IMG/VR virus record: IMGVR_UViG_3300045988_147489
Coordinates: 20,848-84,847 of that record
From: a virus
Lineage: Duplodnaviria > Heunggongvirae > Uroviricota > Caudoviricetes
DNA: 64,000 nucleotides
Strand: one strand, 5' to 3'
Shown here: positions 1 to 10,556 of the stretch, piece by piece
Layout: every line of letters starts with the position of its first letter
Position numbering within the stretch: position 1 is the stretch's first letter
Notes under the pieces: model-generated
What the model was told of the DNA's origin: nothing
The model's input: the letters and a program-made list of their open reading frames with translations, nothing else
The model's database searches: none
Position numbers and translations under genes: made by a program

Positions 1-37
1 TGTTTTATTAGAACCGCAATTTTCCGGTTATTCGGGA

Positions 38-418
38 ATGCTGTGCGGCGTTCAGTTCGAGAACGGGGTGTCCGTAGCGGAGTTGCCTTTTATCGATCAG
101 CAAAGGATTTGTGCCTCAATGCGAGCATCAACAGTCGAGGGCAAAAATGTTTCTCCGTCTGCCGCATACAGTGATCGTGGCGAGTTGACCGCAGACCTGA
201 TTACCGAGCCAGCAGCACCTGGCATTGTGCCAATGAAACGTGGGACACCAGATGAACCGGCCAAACAGATCCAGACTTTCACACGAGAAGAGTTGGAGTC
301 AATTGCAGACAATGAAGGCATTGCCGGTCTACGTGTGATTGGTAATCAGGTTGGTGTCAAAGCGAAAGGAATTGTCGAGATGATTGAAGGCATCCTGAAA
401 GCACAAGGCGGTGAGTAA
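38..418 (+). CDS. hypothetical phage structural protein; the frame is open to the window edge, so it may be the 3' part of a longer gene
   Basis: ORF in track; same frame has no stop between nt 2 and 38; sits directly upstream of the tail module. Confidence 0.4.
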   Translation: MLCGVQFENGVSVAELPFIDQQRICASMRASTVEGKNVSPSAAYSDRGELTADLITEPAAPGIVPMKRGTPDEPAKQIQTFTREELESIADNEGIAGLRVIGNQVGVKAKGIVEMIEGILKAQGGE

Positions 419-1251
419 TGGCGCAGATCGACTCGTATCGTAGCGGTGAAGCTGTTTCCCTTTCATTTGCCTTCAACGTGCTGGATATCGAATCTGCTAC
501 CTACACAGTAAAGGACAGCACCGGGGCTATTCTCGTTGATGGCGAGCCGCTAGAAATTACCAGCGGTCAAATGTCGATTCCGGTTGTCGTGTCGGCTGAA
601 TATAACCAGCTCTCTGAGAAAGAGCGAGATCTGCGGTACGTCATTGTGAAGGCTGTTGCATCGGGTCTGACGCATGAAGAGCGGCAAATGTATGTTCTGC
701 TGAATAGTTTTGAACTGTCGATACCAGAACAGTCGTTTGCAACTGTCGCTGATGCTCAAATGCAGGCGATCGATATGCTGAATGGGGACACTTTGCTGTC
801 GGATGGTGAAGGCTTAATGCGCAAGCGTCTCATTGAGGCTACCAGACGAATTAAAACTTTACCGTTCTCAATCCGCAAAATTCTACGTATCGACTTTGAC
901 CGATACGATCGCCCTCAAAATATGCTGAATGTGTATGACATTCCGTGGGGAGCAGATGGAGCGTACCGGCATGATTTAGTCGATTGGGAAAAGATGACGC
1001 AGGAGAAGTTTGAAGAGTTCCCTGACTACTTCAAAGAAGCGTTGATGCTTGCCGTTGTCAACGAAGCGTGTGAGATCGCAAATGGCAATGATGTAGCCGC
1101 AGCACGAGAGGATGGCATTTTGTCAGAGTCCATCGGTGAAACAACCAACATGTACCGTACCGGTAAAGCTGCAAACGTGCATGTGGCTCGCAGTACCTGG
1201 CGCTTGCTGGTCAGTTACATCAACAACCGTATGATTGTTCGCCGTGCGTAA
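418..1251 (+). CDS. hypothetical phage protein (head-tail region)
   Basis: 277-aa ORF tightly packed with neighbours on + strand; no motif recognised. Confidence 0.45.
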   Translation: MAQIDSYRSGEAVSLSFAFNVLDIESATYTVKDSTGAILVDGEPLEITSGQMSIPVVVSAEYNQLSEKERDLRYVIVKAVASGLTHEERQMYVLLNSFELSIPEQSFATVADAQMQAIDMLNGDTLLSDGEGLMRKRLIEATRRIKTLPFSIRKILRIDFDRYDRPQNMLNVYDIPWGADGAYRHDLVDWEKMTQEKFEEFPDYFKEALMLAVVNEACEIANGNDVAAAREDGILSESIGETTNMYRTGKAANVHVARSTWRLLVSYINNRMIVRRA

Positions 1252-1330
1252 CGCCAGTCGCATTATTTACTTTTGGTCGAAAGGGTTTTTGGCCAGTAAT
1301 GAGAGCGACCGACAACAACAGGGAGAGAGC

Positions 1331-1675
1331 ATGAATATTTCATGGCAAACAGAAATTGCGATCTACCGCTTTGGCGCAAAGAACGTTTACGGCGAGGCGC
1401 AATTACAATTCGTCAGGAAGACGAATGTCGGCGTGGTTAAGTTCGAACAGAGTAATGAGAAATCGTCAGTTCGTGCTGATAGCTCTGGTAGTCGTGGTAA
1501 GGCGAGTCTGGAGCTGTTTGATGCTGTGTTAGTTGTCCCTTTAGAAGCGGCTGTACAACTTGATGATGTGCTGATCCTTGAAGGTCAAAAATTAAAGGTG
1601 TCCAGTGTTCATCGCCGCTGGGGGCTACGAGGAAGACCTGGGCATCTTGAAGTGGGGGCGAATATATGGGTCTGA
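1331..1675 (+). CDS. putative head-tail joining / neck protein
   Basis: ATG at 1331 preceded by GGGAGAG; about 115 aa; position before tail genes; function assigned by synteny only. Confidence 0.35.
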   Translation: MNISWQTEIAIYRFGAKNVYGEAQLQFVRKTNVGVVKFEQSNEKSSVRADSSGSRGKASLELFDAVLVVPLEAAVQLDDVLILEGQKLKVSSVHRRWGLRGRPGHLEVGANIWV

Positions 1676-2139
1676 AATACGATGCGCATCAGTTCAAACG
1701 TGCGGGGAATAGACTCAATAACAGCCAGAAAGCATTTAAGCGATATCTTATTCGGGACATGGAAAAGCTGGCGCGTTTGGTTGAGCGTCTCAGCCGTGCA
1801 ATGGCCCCGCTGGAAACCGGATCTCTGGAGACAGCCATCTTTGCCAGGGTGATTAAAGAAGGTTATTCAGGGCTGCGTATTGAGCTTTCTGTGTCTGGAG
1901 CAAAACCACGTCAGGGGCATCCGGGCGTAGAAGTCGGTGACTATGCTAAGTACATGGAGCTGGGTAAATACCGACTCGGTTATCTTTCTCGAATGAAGAA
2001 CGTGACAAACCCACCAATTGCCGGTGTTAAACCTCGTGTTGGGCCACACTTTCTGGAAAGAGCGGTGGAAATTAGCGAGAAGCAGTTCTCAGAAGCGATT
2101 CTTGAGGCTGCCAGAAAAGCCGGTTTTACGAGAGGTTAA
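1666..2139 (+). CDS. putative neck/tail-completion protein (HK97 gp10-like size and position)
   Basis: 157-aa ORF overlapping the previous stop; synteny. Confidence 0.4.
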   Translation: MGLKYDAHQFKRAGNRLNNSQKAFKRYLIRDMEKLARLVERLSRAMAPLETGSLETAIFARVIKEGYSGLRIELSVSGAKPRQGHPGVEVGDYAKYMELGKYRLGYLSRMKNVTNPPIAGVKPRVGPHFLERAVEISEKQFSEAILEAARKAGFTRG

Positions 2140-2140
2140 T

Positions 2141-2524
2141 GTGTTTATTGAAGCGTTTGCAAGTTTGATGCAGAAGGCAAAGATTGGCACGGTCGGGACT
2201 GACATTTTCTGTCACTACTTGCCTGCCAATGTGAAATCTGGCGTCCTGCTTATTAACCCAAATACCGGTATCAGCATCGATCATGAGCTACAGGGCTTTT
2301 ACCACGAATCATTCACAATAATTGTGCGTGGTTCGTCAATTACTACGACGGTTGAGAAAGCCAATAAAATCATTGAGATGTTTCCAGTAGAGGAAACGGA
2401 ATCTGGTGGTGTTTATTTTCGACTGGTACGACCGATGGCGATGCCAATCATTTATCCCAAAAATGATGGGGCATTAATAGAAGCAGGCATTCCTATTGAA
2501 TTTGCTGGCTATTTATTGAATTAA
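2141..2524 (+). CDS. putative tail terminator (gpU-like position)
   Basis: GTG at 2141 immediately after the upstream stop; about 127 aa; directly precedes the major tail protein gene. Confidence 0.35.
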   Translation: MFIEAFASLMQKAKIGTVGTDIFCHYLPANVKSGVLLINPNTGISIDHELQGFYHESFTIIVRGSSITTTVEKANKIIEMFPVEETESGGVYFRLVRPMAMPIIYPKNDGALIEAGIPIEFAGYLLN

Positions 2525-2598
2525 CTCAATTGGTAAGTATATACTTACTATTAGCGCAATGAATGCGTAGAATTAACGGAAAAAGGAGTTTTCCATCA

Positions 2599-3345
2599 AT
2601 GTCTAATACCCATGTAAAAAACATCAAACTTGGTGCCTGTAAGGTGTCGTTTGGTGGTGTGGATTTGGGTTACACCAAAGGTGGTGTTCAGGTTGAAATC
2701 GCAACCGAAACGCTGAAAGTGACCGTAGACCAGCTGGGCCAGACCACGATCTCCGAGCTGATCCAGGGCCGCAACATCACCATTACTGCGCCGCTGGCTG
2801 AATCCGTGTTGAAAAACATGGTCGATCTGATGCCAGGTTCCACGCTGAGTTCTGGCGAAGATACCGTAACCATCACGTCTGCGCAGGGAGTGAACCTGAT
2901 CGACGTTGCGAAAGAGTTGGTGCTGACCCCGCAGGATGCGACGGATTATGTTCTGACCATCCCTAAAGCAGCAACCGCGGGTAACTTCACCATGACCTAC
3001 CAGTCTGACGACGTTCGCGTGTTCTCAGTTGAGTTTTCCGCTTACCCGGACGACGCTGGCGTGTTGGGGAAAATGAGCCTCCCAAAGCCGGTTGAGAGCG
3101 TCACGCTGACCCCGTCTTCACCGACCGTAAAAGTGGGCACTAAAGTTCAATTGAGCGCAACCTTCACCCCGGCCGATGCAACCAATAAGACTGGCGTGTG
3201 GAGCTCTGATGCGACTGATAAAGCGACCGTAGATCAGAACGGACTGGTAACTGGTAAAGCTGTCGGTTCAGCCAATATCACCTTCACAACTAATGACGGT
3301 GCCAAGAAGGCGACCAAAGCCGTCTCTGTAACTGCCGCAAGCTAA
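2599..3345 (+). CDS. major tail protein with C-terminal Ig-like (Big_2-type) domain
   Basis: AAGGAG RBS then ATG at 2599; C-terminal segment VTLTPSSPTVKVGTKVQLSATFTPADATNKTGVWSSDATDKATVDQNGLVTGKAVGSANITFTT is a typical bacterial Ig-like fold signature; position before chaperone/tape measure. Confidence 0.8.
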   Translation: MSNTHVKNIKLGACKVSFGGVDLGYTKGGVQVEIATETLKVTVDQLGQTTISELIQGRNITITAPLAESVLKNMVDLMPGSTLSSGEDTVTITSAQGVNLIDVAKELVLTPQDATDYVLTIPKAATAGNFTMTYQSDDVRVFSVEFSAYPDDAGVLGKMSLPKPVESVTLTPSSPTVKVGTKVQLSATFTPADATNKTGVWSSDATDKATVDQNGLVTGKAVGSANITFTTNDGAKKATKAVSVTAAS

Positions 3346-3359
3346 ATTGTGATAACCCA

Positions 3360-3381
3360 AGAGGCCCATGGATGGGCCTCT
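3360..3381 (+). terminator. hairpin downstream of major tail gene
   Basis: AGAGGCCCA-TGGA-TGGGCCTCT perfect 9-bp stem. Confidence 0.45.
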
Positions 3382-3406
3382 GTATGAGTTTAAAAGGATT
3401 TAAACC

Positions 3407-3724
3407 ATGACCAAATTACTCGATCTCGACTCCATTCTGCCGCCGAAAAAAAGCATCAAATTTGGTGGCAAAGAATATCCCATCGTTGAAATGACCGTCG
3501 GCCTCTTTGTTTCCATCAAGCAGATGGAAGGCAAAGATCTCATGAACATGTCTCCTGTTGAGCAAGTGACAGCTTATGCAGATCTGGTTCGTAAGGTTAT
3601 CCCTTCAGTACCTGACGAAGTTCTTGAAAAACTGACTGTTCCGCAACTCCAGCAGATCTTCACCTTCGCTATGGAAGTGATTGATGAAGAAAACGAAAAA
3701 GCGGCTGGCGAAGGGGCAAAGTAA
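3407..3724 (+). CDS. tail assembly chaperone (gpG-like)
   Basis: 105-aa acidic ORF immediately upstream of tape measure gene. Confidence 0.65.
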   Translation: MTKLLDLDSILPPKKSIKFGGKEYPIVEMTVGLFVSIKQMEGKDLMNMSPVEQVTAYADLVRKVIPSVPDEVLEKLTVPQLQQIFTFAMEVIDEENEKAAGEGAK

Positions 3725-4074
3725 TTTCCCGCGATGAATCCGGGACAAGGACCGTCTCAATAGATCTCGGATTCTATTTCAGTCGTGTAGTTGCTCACTA
3801 CGCCGTGTCGCCATTAGAGCTACTGAACGTTCCTCTCACGATGTTCTGGATGCTCAGTCGCAATATAGACCGTCTGCGTGCGGAAGAGGATGTCCGCAAC
3901 TTACAAGTCGCTCGTGCGTCCCAGGCGGATGGCGAGGCTGTGAAGGCGTTCATGGAGGGTTTGCAACTCAGGATTGGAAGACCAGTCGTAACAGATAAAG
4001 TCTACGATCCAAGCCAGGATAAGGCAGACCCTGACGCCAAAGAGCAACTGATGCAAATATTTGGCAGAGGATGA
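3688..4074 (+). CDS. gpT-like extension, probably expressed as a G-T fusion by -1 frameshift
   Basis: -1 frame relative to the G-like ORF is open from 3688 to the TGA at 4072-4074; A-rich GAAAAAG at 3695-3701 lies in the overlap. Confidence 0.5.
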   Translation, partial: RKRKSGWRRGKVISRDESGTRTVSIDLGFYFSRVVAHYAVSPLELLNVPLTMFWMLSRNIDRLRAEEDVRNLQVARASQADGEAVKAFMEGLQLRIGRPVVTDKVYDPSQDKADPDAKEQLMQIFGRG

Positions 4075-4081
4075 CAAGGGA

Positions 4082-7000
4082 ATGTCACAAAACGTAGAGT
4101 TTATCCTGTCGCTGGAAGACAAACAGTTTACAGCGTCAATCGATCGTGCGGGGAAACTGCTTACTCGATTTGGTGAGCAGGTAACAAAGCCTGCTCAAAA
4201 AATCCAAACCTTTGAACGCTCTTTGGGTTCGGTCGCCCGTATCATTGGCGTTCTGGAAAGCAAGCTCGATTCTACGGCAGATAAACTACAGGATGTAGCT
4301 GCCGGTTTTGAGCTTGCTTCAGATGCTACGCGTAAAATGCGTGGCAACATCACCAGCCTCAATTCTGGTCTTAAAGCCCTGATTGAGCGCGTCGATACGA
4401 CAACTTCTTCAGTAGATAAACTCACCGCGTCATTACGTAAAGTGCAATCAGAGCTAAATGATTTCTCTGATTGGGCGACCTATGCAAGCAAAAGCGCAAG
4501 CCGCTTTGGTACGGAGGTCAAAGAAGCCTCTGCGTCCGTGAGTGGCATGAATACGCGCCTTAATACCACGACGAAGCGACTCAGTAATTGGGGTGTCACA
4601 ACGAGTCAGGCTGCCGAGGGACTGAAAAAGGTTCGTGAGCAGATGGACGAAGTTATCGGACGTCAGCAACTGATTAGCAAGCCGGTACGCGTTCGTACAT
4701 CTGGAAGTGGCGATGGTGGCAGCGGGCGGCGTAGCGGCTCTGGCCATAGCGGTAAAAGTAACGAAGGAGGTATGTTCTCTGGCCTTCGTGGCAACATTTT
4801 CCTGCTTGGCGAGATCGGAGATGCAGCCAGAACGGTTACTGACATCATGTTTGGATGGCAGAAGCCTATTGTTGAAGCTGCGGCCGAAATGGAACGTATG
4901 CGGGTGATGCTTCGTGGGTTGAATAAGGAGAAGTCTAACCCTGGCCAGGCTGCCGCCGATGACATGAAGTACATCGTAGACATGGCTCAAAATGCGCCGT
5001 TCGCGATGCAGGCGTTAACAGACTCCTTCGTGAAGTTTCGTTCTGCTGGCTTAGATCCAACCGATGGTTCTCTGAAGGCGCTGGTGGACTCCGTTGCTCG
5101 TTTTGGTGGTGATAGTGAGCTGTTGAAACGTGCGGCTGTGGCCGTTCAGCAGATGTCCGGTAAGGGCGTCGTGTCAATGGAAGAGCTACGTCAGCAATTA
5201 GGTGAAGCCGTTCCTAACGCGATGCAGGCAATGGCAGACGCCGCAGGCATCACTATGGGGGAACTGACTAAAGCCGTTGCCAGCGGTACGGTTGAGGCAA
5301 AACAGGCGTTGTCTCTGATGTTTGTTGGTCTGCGTGCGGAGAATGAGAACGCAGCGAAAGACATGATGCAAACCTACACAGGTGCGCTGGCGCAACTTCA
5401 GACGTCATTCACGTTATTTGCTGATCGGGTTGGTCAGGCCGGATATCTGGATTCTCTATCGAAGGGGATGAAAGAACTGGCTTCAATCATGAATAGCGCC
5501 GAAGGGATTTCGTTTGCCAATTCTTTAGGTTCGGGGTTAACAACGGCAATCGATGGGTTGCGTCAGCTTGCTCAATGGTTAGCAAAGAACCAAGAGCTGG
5601 TAATTAATCTCGGTAAGGTCGTGGCCGCGATGGTTGCGTTCAAACTGATGCGAGCAGGGATCATGGGGGTAGTTGGCGCTGGGAGCCAGATGGTTAGCAC
5701 CTTTGCCACGATGGCGACCGCCATACAGACTCCATTTAACCTCGGCGCTACAGCAGTAACTCGATTCAATCGTGCGGCACGTATGGGGCTGGCTCCGATC
5801 CCCTCTCTTATTTTCGCCATCCGTGGGGCGATTACGGGGCTTAAAGGCGCTTTTGCTGGATTAACGGCGTTTATTGCAGCAAACCCTATAGGGGCAGCAT
5901 TTACAGTTGCCACTGTAGCTGTTGCTGGCCTAATCACGTACATGACCATGCTCCGCAGCGAAACTTCAAAGGTCGTTGACGAGATTAGGAAAATACCAGA
6001 AGCGATGACAGCGGCCAAACGTGCACAAATGGCCGACCGCGCAGAAAAGCTCGAAAATCAGATTCTTGCTGATCAACGAGCATTAAAAACTGGTGAGGGT
6101 GTTAATTACGTATCTAACTCTGCCGGTGTTATTACTCACAAAGAGTCGAAGGCTGACATCGAAGCACGCCTGAAAAAAAATCAGGAAGAGTATCAAAAGA
6201 TAACCGGCACGATAGCTCTTGGTGACGGCGCTGTAGCAAAGCGTTTGGCTAAAGAGGCTGCCGAATCTCAGATTGAGAAAATTCGAGCGGAAAACCAGAT
6301 TTTCGCGGCAACATTCGTGAAAGCCCGGCAGGAGGCTCTGGATAAGATCCAGAAAATCAATGATGACGGTTCACTTTCAGATGATGAAAAGAACAAGCTA
6401 TTGGCACCGTTACGTGAAACGGTAAACAAAAGCTATCTTGAGCCTGCGCAAAAACTGGTTGATTCACTTTCTTCTCGTAAGAATGCGACCGAGAAGCAAA
6501 TCGCGACTCTTAATGATCAGCTTGAAAAAGCCAAAAAGGATGGAAATACCGAGCAGATCCAGAAACTGCAAGGCAGTATTCGTGGTTATCAGGAGCATTT
6601 GGAAGCCGTTGCTCAGGAGCTGACTCAGGCAGAGTTCGAGAGAGATAACGCGGCCAAAACTGGTAAGGGCGTAATGTCAAACCAGGGGACTGTTCTTGGG
6701 TTAGGTACAACTGATAAAGCTGCTCAGAAGGCGCTGGCGCAATATATGCGAAACCAGATGGATTCTGCGACTTATCAACGTACTTTGCCTGACGGCACTC
6801 CGATGATGGACTTCGAAGGTAAGCCGATTATTGGGCCTAAACAACTCAAGACGCAGCTTAATTTGCAGAAAGCATCCAGTGCCAGCTCTCTGGAGAAAAT
6901 GAGCGATGAAGAGCGTGCCGCAGCCATTGCTGCACTGACTAAAGCTCGTGAACAGGATGCAGCAGCCGCCGAGAAAGCAGCCCAACGATCAGCTAACGCC

Positions 7001-8602
7001 TCGCAGCGTGCGGCCAAGAAGGAACAGGCAGCGCAACAGAAGCTGGCTGCCGGCTACCAGAAGGCTCTGGATAAAGCTGATCAGCTCATGGGGCAAATGG
7101 GCGAAAGTTCAAAGGCTACTGTGTCGTTTGATCAGTCGCTGCGTGATGTCACCAAGTCACTAACCGATCTTGCAAACGCCACGCCTAACGAGTTTATCTC
7201 GCAGGAGATGGTTGACCAGGCCAAAAAACGTCTCGCGGATTTGAGGAACGCTACCCCCGAATACCGTGAAATGTTTAATCGCCGCAACGTCGAGCAAATG
7301 ATCAGCGCTTGGGCGCCGGAATCGGATTCGATTATCAGCGCAGGCTTGATGCAAAGCCATGAGGAGAAGGCTGCCGAGTTTTCGGATACCTACAATCGCA
7401 ATCTTAAGGCGCTGATCGAGCTGCGTGATAAGGCGACTGACCCGAAAATCATCTCGCTTTACAACAAGCAGCTTAATCAGCTGGTGGCCGCTGGCAACAA
7501 TGCGCTGATTAAGCAAACAGGTACAGCGACCCAGCAGTTGGCTCTGGAGTATGAGAACCTGGCTGAACAGATTGAGGGCACATGGACAGATCTGTTTAGC
7601 GGCTTAACTGACACGCTTACTGACTTTGTTGTTAACGGGAAGATGATCTTCTCCAGTCTGGCCACATCGATCCTTAAAGACATCACCAACATGGTCGTGA
7701 AGACCCAGATCACTCTGCCTCTCATGAATATGTTGGGAATGGGAACGACAAACGCCGGCAATGCACAAAGTGGAAATCTCATGAATGGCGTAGCGTCTGC
7801 GATCGCTAATCAAGGGGTTCAGCTCGGTAATTCTGGTGGGGCGGTGGCCAATGGGGATAAATCTGTCGGCGAGGCCACTAAGGAGACAGCCTCCGGCGTG
7901 AATTCGATGGGGCAAGCGTCTCAGAATGCGGCCAGTGGTTTAAGTCAGGCGGTGAATGGCGTCTGGGACTGGACTAAGTCATTGTTCACCGGTACTGACG
8001 CTACGAAAGATCAAACCAAAGCGGTTAACAGCAGCATCCTCAGTATGGGGAATCTATCTACCGCGGCTGGGGCGCTGGCAGCTACATTCGCCATGGTAGG
8101 TGCTTCGTCGTCGAGTTCGTCCAGCCGTTGGCTGAATTTCGGTCTGTCACTGGCCAGTACCGCAGTGTCCGCCTGGGCTGGGTCTTCGACGCCATCAGGC
8201 TCAAAGCCAAATGTGAAGAAGCACGCCAATGGCGGCATCTTTGGCAGGGAAGGGGTTGTGCCTCTGAGAGCTTATCAGAAAGGCGGAATTGCCACCTCAC
8301 CACAGTTGGCGATGTTTGGCGAGGGCTCAATGAACGAGGCTTACGTTCCGTTGCCAGATGGTCGAACCATTCCAGTCACACTTTCTGCAGAGTCGGCTGG
8401 AAAGAGCACGGGTAACGCGGTGTCCCCTGTCTCGATTCAGATCAATGTAACCAAGGATGGCCGAACCAGCGAGAGCAGCAGTGGAAGCGAGAGCAGTCTC
8501 TGGAACGGCGCAGCACGGCAAATCAAGTCGATTGTGCTTGAGACGATTGCCGAAGAGAAACGTTCTGGTGGTTCACTTAATCCGCATACCACCAGAGGGT
8601 AG
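4082..8602 (+). CDS. tail tape measure protein
   Basis: about 1500-aa ORF, long coiled-coil-rich, Gly/Ala hydrophobic segments, position after G/T pair. Confidence 0.85.
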   Translation: MSQNVEFILSLEDKQFTASIDRAGKLLTRFGEQVTKPAQKIQTFERSLGSVARIIGVLESKLDSTADKLQDVAAGFELASDATRKMRGNITSLNSGLKALIERVDTTTSSVDKLTASLRKVQSELNDFSDWATYASKSASRFGTEVKEASASVSGMNTRLNTTTKRLSNWGVTTSQAAEGLKKVREQMDEVIGRQQLISKPVRVRTSGSGDGGSGRRSGSGHSGKSNEGGMFSGLRGNIFLLGEIGDAARTVTDIMFGWQKPIVEAAAEMERMRVMLRGLNKEKSNPGQAAADDMKYIVDMAQNAPFAMQALTDSFVKFRSAGLDPTDGSLKALVDSVARFGGDSELLKRAAVAVQQMSGKGVVSMEELRQQLGEAVPNAMQAMADAAGITMGELTKAVASGTVEAKQALSLMFVGLRAENENAAKDMMQTYTGALAQLQTSFTLFADRVGQAGYLDSLSKGMKELASIMNSAEGISFANSLGSGLTTAIDGLRQLAQWLAKNQELVINLGKVVAAMVAFKLMRAGIMGVVGAGSQMVSTFATMATAIQTPFNLGATAVTRFNRAARMGLAPIPSLIFAIRGAITGLKGAFAGLTAFIAANPIGAAFTVATVAVAGLITYMTMLRSETSKVVDEIRKIPEAMTAAKRAQMADRAEKLENQILADQRALKTGEGVNYVSNSAGVITHKESKADIEARLKKNQEEYQKITGTIALGDGAVAKRLAKEAAESQIEKIRAENQIFAATFVKARQEALDKIQKINDDGSLSDDEKNKLLAPLRETVNKSYLEPAQKLVDSLSSRKNATEKQIATLNDQLEKAKKDGNTEQIQKLQGSIRGYQEHLEAVAQELTQAEFERDNAAKTGKGVMSNQGTVLGLGTTDKAAQKALAQYMRNQMDSATYQRTLPDGTPMMDFEGKPIIGPKQLKTQLNLQKASSASSLEKMSDEERAAAIAALTKAREQDAAAAEKAAQRSANASQRAAKKEQAAQQKLAAGYQKALDKADQLMGQMGESSKATVSFDQSLRDVTKSLTDLANATPNEFISQEMVDQAKKRLADLRNATPEYREMFNRRNVEQMISAWAPESDSIISAGLMQSHEEKAAEFSDTYNRNLKALIELRDKATDPKIISLYNKQLNQLVAAGNNALIKQTGTATQQLALEYENLAEQIEGTWTDLFSGLTDTLTDFVVNGKMIFSSLATSILKDITNMVVKTQITLPLMNMLGMGTTNAGNAQSGNLMNGVASAIANQGVQLGNSGGAVANGDKSVGEATKETASGVNSMGQASQNAASGLSQAVNGVWDWTKSLFTGTDATKDQTKAVNSSILSMGNLSTAAGALAATFAMVGASSSSSSSRWLNFGLSLASTAVSAWAGSSTPSGSKPNVKKHANGGIFGREGVVPLRAYQKGGIATSPQLAMFGEGSMNEAYVPLPDGRTIPVTLSAESAGKSTGNAVSPVSIQINVTKDGRTSESSSGSESSLWNGAARQIKSIVLETIAEEKRSGGSLNPHTTRG

Positions 8603-8645
8603 TAAAGCAGGCCGCCTTAACGGGCGGCCATCACAAGGAAGTGAT

Positions 8646-8981
8646 ATGTCGAGGAAAGTATTTAATTGGTATCCAGATTATGAGTCTGAGAAAACCGTAA
8701 AGCCTAACGTGACCGTGCTGAACTACGGCGACGATTACGAGCAGCGCCAGTCGCAGGGGCTCAATCGGATTAAAGAAGAGTGGTCTCTCACGTTCACCCG
8801 TAGCCATGACGTGGTAAACGACGTTGATGACTTTTTGACTGCCCGCGCTGGGGTGGAGTCATTCATTTGGACTAACCCAAGAGGCAAAGCAATTATCGTG
8901 GTTTGTGACAGCCATACGGTAAAGCGTTACCCCGGTTATCAAGTGCTTACGGCAACATTTAGACAGGTTTTTGAGTCTTAA
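8646..8981 (+). CDS. minor tail protein (lambda gpM-like)
   Basis: AAGGAAG RBS, about 111 aa, order M-L-K-I-J as in lambda. Confidence 0.75.
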   Translation: MSRKVFNWYPDYESEKTVKPNVTVLNYGDDYEQRQSQGLNRIKEEWSLTFTRSHDVVNDVDDFLTARAGVESFIWTNPRGKAIIVVCDSHTVKRYPGYQVLTATFRQVFES

Positions 8982-9067
8982 CTTGCGACTATAGATAAGT
9001 AATCACTTATCTATTATCATATATCAACACCACAGGATGTGACGTTGAGTTTTTCAAGGATGAAGTG

Positions 9068-9766
9068 ATGGGTATTAGAGCTGATATTCAGAGTTTATCG
9101 CCTTCTGCGCTCATTGAGTTGTTCGAGTTGGATATGTCGGTGACAACCTCCGGCGGCAAGTTGTATTTCCATGCCGGCACCAACGGGCTTAGCCAGCCAA
9201 TTGTCTGGCAGGGAGTTTCCTATGAGCCGTGGCCAATTAAAGCGTCTGGCTTTGATAAAAGCGGTCAGGGAACACTTCCTCGTCCAAAGATTCAGGTTTC
9301 CAACTACGACGGTGTAATTTCTGCCGAGCTGCAGGCCAATGACGATCTGATTGGCTGCAAAATCATTCGCAAGATGACGCTGGCACGTTTTCTGGACGCG
9401 GTGAACTTTCCGGATGGAAACCCGACTGCAGACCCAAGTCAGCATTTTGCTGATGAAATGTGGTTCGTCGAACAGAAGACCCTGGAGACGCACCAGTATG
9501 TCGAATTCGAGCTGTCCAGCGTCTTAGATCTGATGGGCGTTCAACTGCCGTATCGTCAGATCATCAAAAACAGCTGCCCGTGGAAATATCGCGGAACAGA
9601 GTGTGGTTACACCGGCCCCTATTTCGACAAAAACAACCAGCAAACCTCTTTGGCCGGCGCCGACTACTGCACCAAGCGTTACGACGCCTGTAATGCTCGC
9701 CGCAACTACTTCGCGAATGGCGTTATTCATTTTGGCGGATTTATTGGGGCGACACGATATGAGTAA
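9068..9766 (+). CDS. minor tail protein (lambda gpL-like)
   Basis: contains ARFLDAVNF and WKYRGTECGYTGP, which match my recollection of conserved gpL segments. Confidence 0.8.
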   Translation: MGIRADIQSLSPSALIELFELDMSVTTSGGKLYFHAGTNGLSQPIVWQGVSYEPWPIKASGFDKSGQGTLPRPKIQVSNYDGVISAELQANDDLIGCKIIRKMTLARFLDAVNFPDGNPTADPSQHFADEMWFVEQKTLETHQYVEFELSSVLDLMGVQLPYRQIIKNSCPWKYRGTECGYTGPYFDKNNQQTSLAGADYCTKRYDACNARRNYFANGVIHFGGFIGATRYE

Positions 9767-10556
9767 CCAGACGTTACCTGAGCTGGGCTCAGAAGTCATG
9801 CAGGATATCTATCGCTGCGCTATCCAACGTTACCCGAATGAAGCGTGTGGCTTTCTTGTGCGCACACAGGGTGAGAAATATCGCTTTATGGAAGCGATGA
9901 ATGTCTCTGAAACGCCACGTGAGGATTTTGTCATGCGTGCCAGCGACATTATTGCGGCCGAAGATGCTGGGGAAGTGATCGCTATTTGGCACTCTCACGT
10001 TGAGCGCAGCGCAGAGGCGTCAGACCCGGATCGCTCCGGGTGCGAGGCGACGGAACTACCGTGGATGATTCTGGCAATTCGCAAAAATGTGGAAAGCGAT
10101 ATGCCATTCCACTTTAGCGAAATGAACGTCATTTATCCGTGTGGTTTTGAGATGCCCTACCTCGGGCGCCCATACGTATTCGGTGTGTTTGATTGCTGGA
10201 TGCTGTGCCGCGATTACCTAAAGCGTGAATTTGACGTTGAGCTGAATGCAAACGCCCACCTGCATATTCCTTCTTGGTACACGGGGGACAACGACATCCT
10301 CGACCAGAACTACCGAAATGAAGGACTTGTCCGCATGGCGCCGGGGACGGAACCCCAGCGCGGCGACATCTTCTTCATCCAGTACGGGAAAATGCCAGAT
10401 CACTGCGCGGTATACATCGGCGACGGCATGATCATGCATCACCAGATCGACCGTCTCAGCTGTCGGGCTTATTACGGTGGGATGTATCAGAAGCACACGA
10501 CGCATCACCTGCGTCACAGGGATTTACTCAAGGGAGACGAGACGTGTCTGAATTAG
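9759..10556 (+). CDS. tail assembly protein (lambda gpK-like), JAMM/MPN plus NlpC/P60 domains
   Basis: ATG overlaps gpL stop (ATGAGTAA); HSHVERSAEASDPD is a JAMM metal motif; C-terminal Cys/His region (FDCWMLCRDY). Confidence 0.75.
   Translation: MSNQTLPELGSEVMQDIYRCAIQRYPNEACGFLVRTQGEKYRFMEAMNVSETPREDFVMRASDIIAAEDAGEVIAIWHSHVERSAEASDPDRSGCEATELPWMILAIRKNVESDMPFHFSEMNVIYPCGFEMPYLGRPYVFGVFDCWMLCRDYLKREFDVELNANAHLHIPSWYTGDNDILDQNYRNEGLVRMAPGTEPQRGDIFFIQYGKMPDHCAVYIGDGMIMHHQIDRLSCRAYYGGMYQKHTTHHLRHRDLLKGDETCLN

Noticed and set aside
4195-8521. Numerous short ORFs on both strands inside the tape measure gene
   Set aside because: All are embedded in or antisense to the 1500-aa tape measure ORF; no independent start signals.
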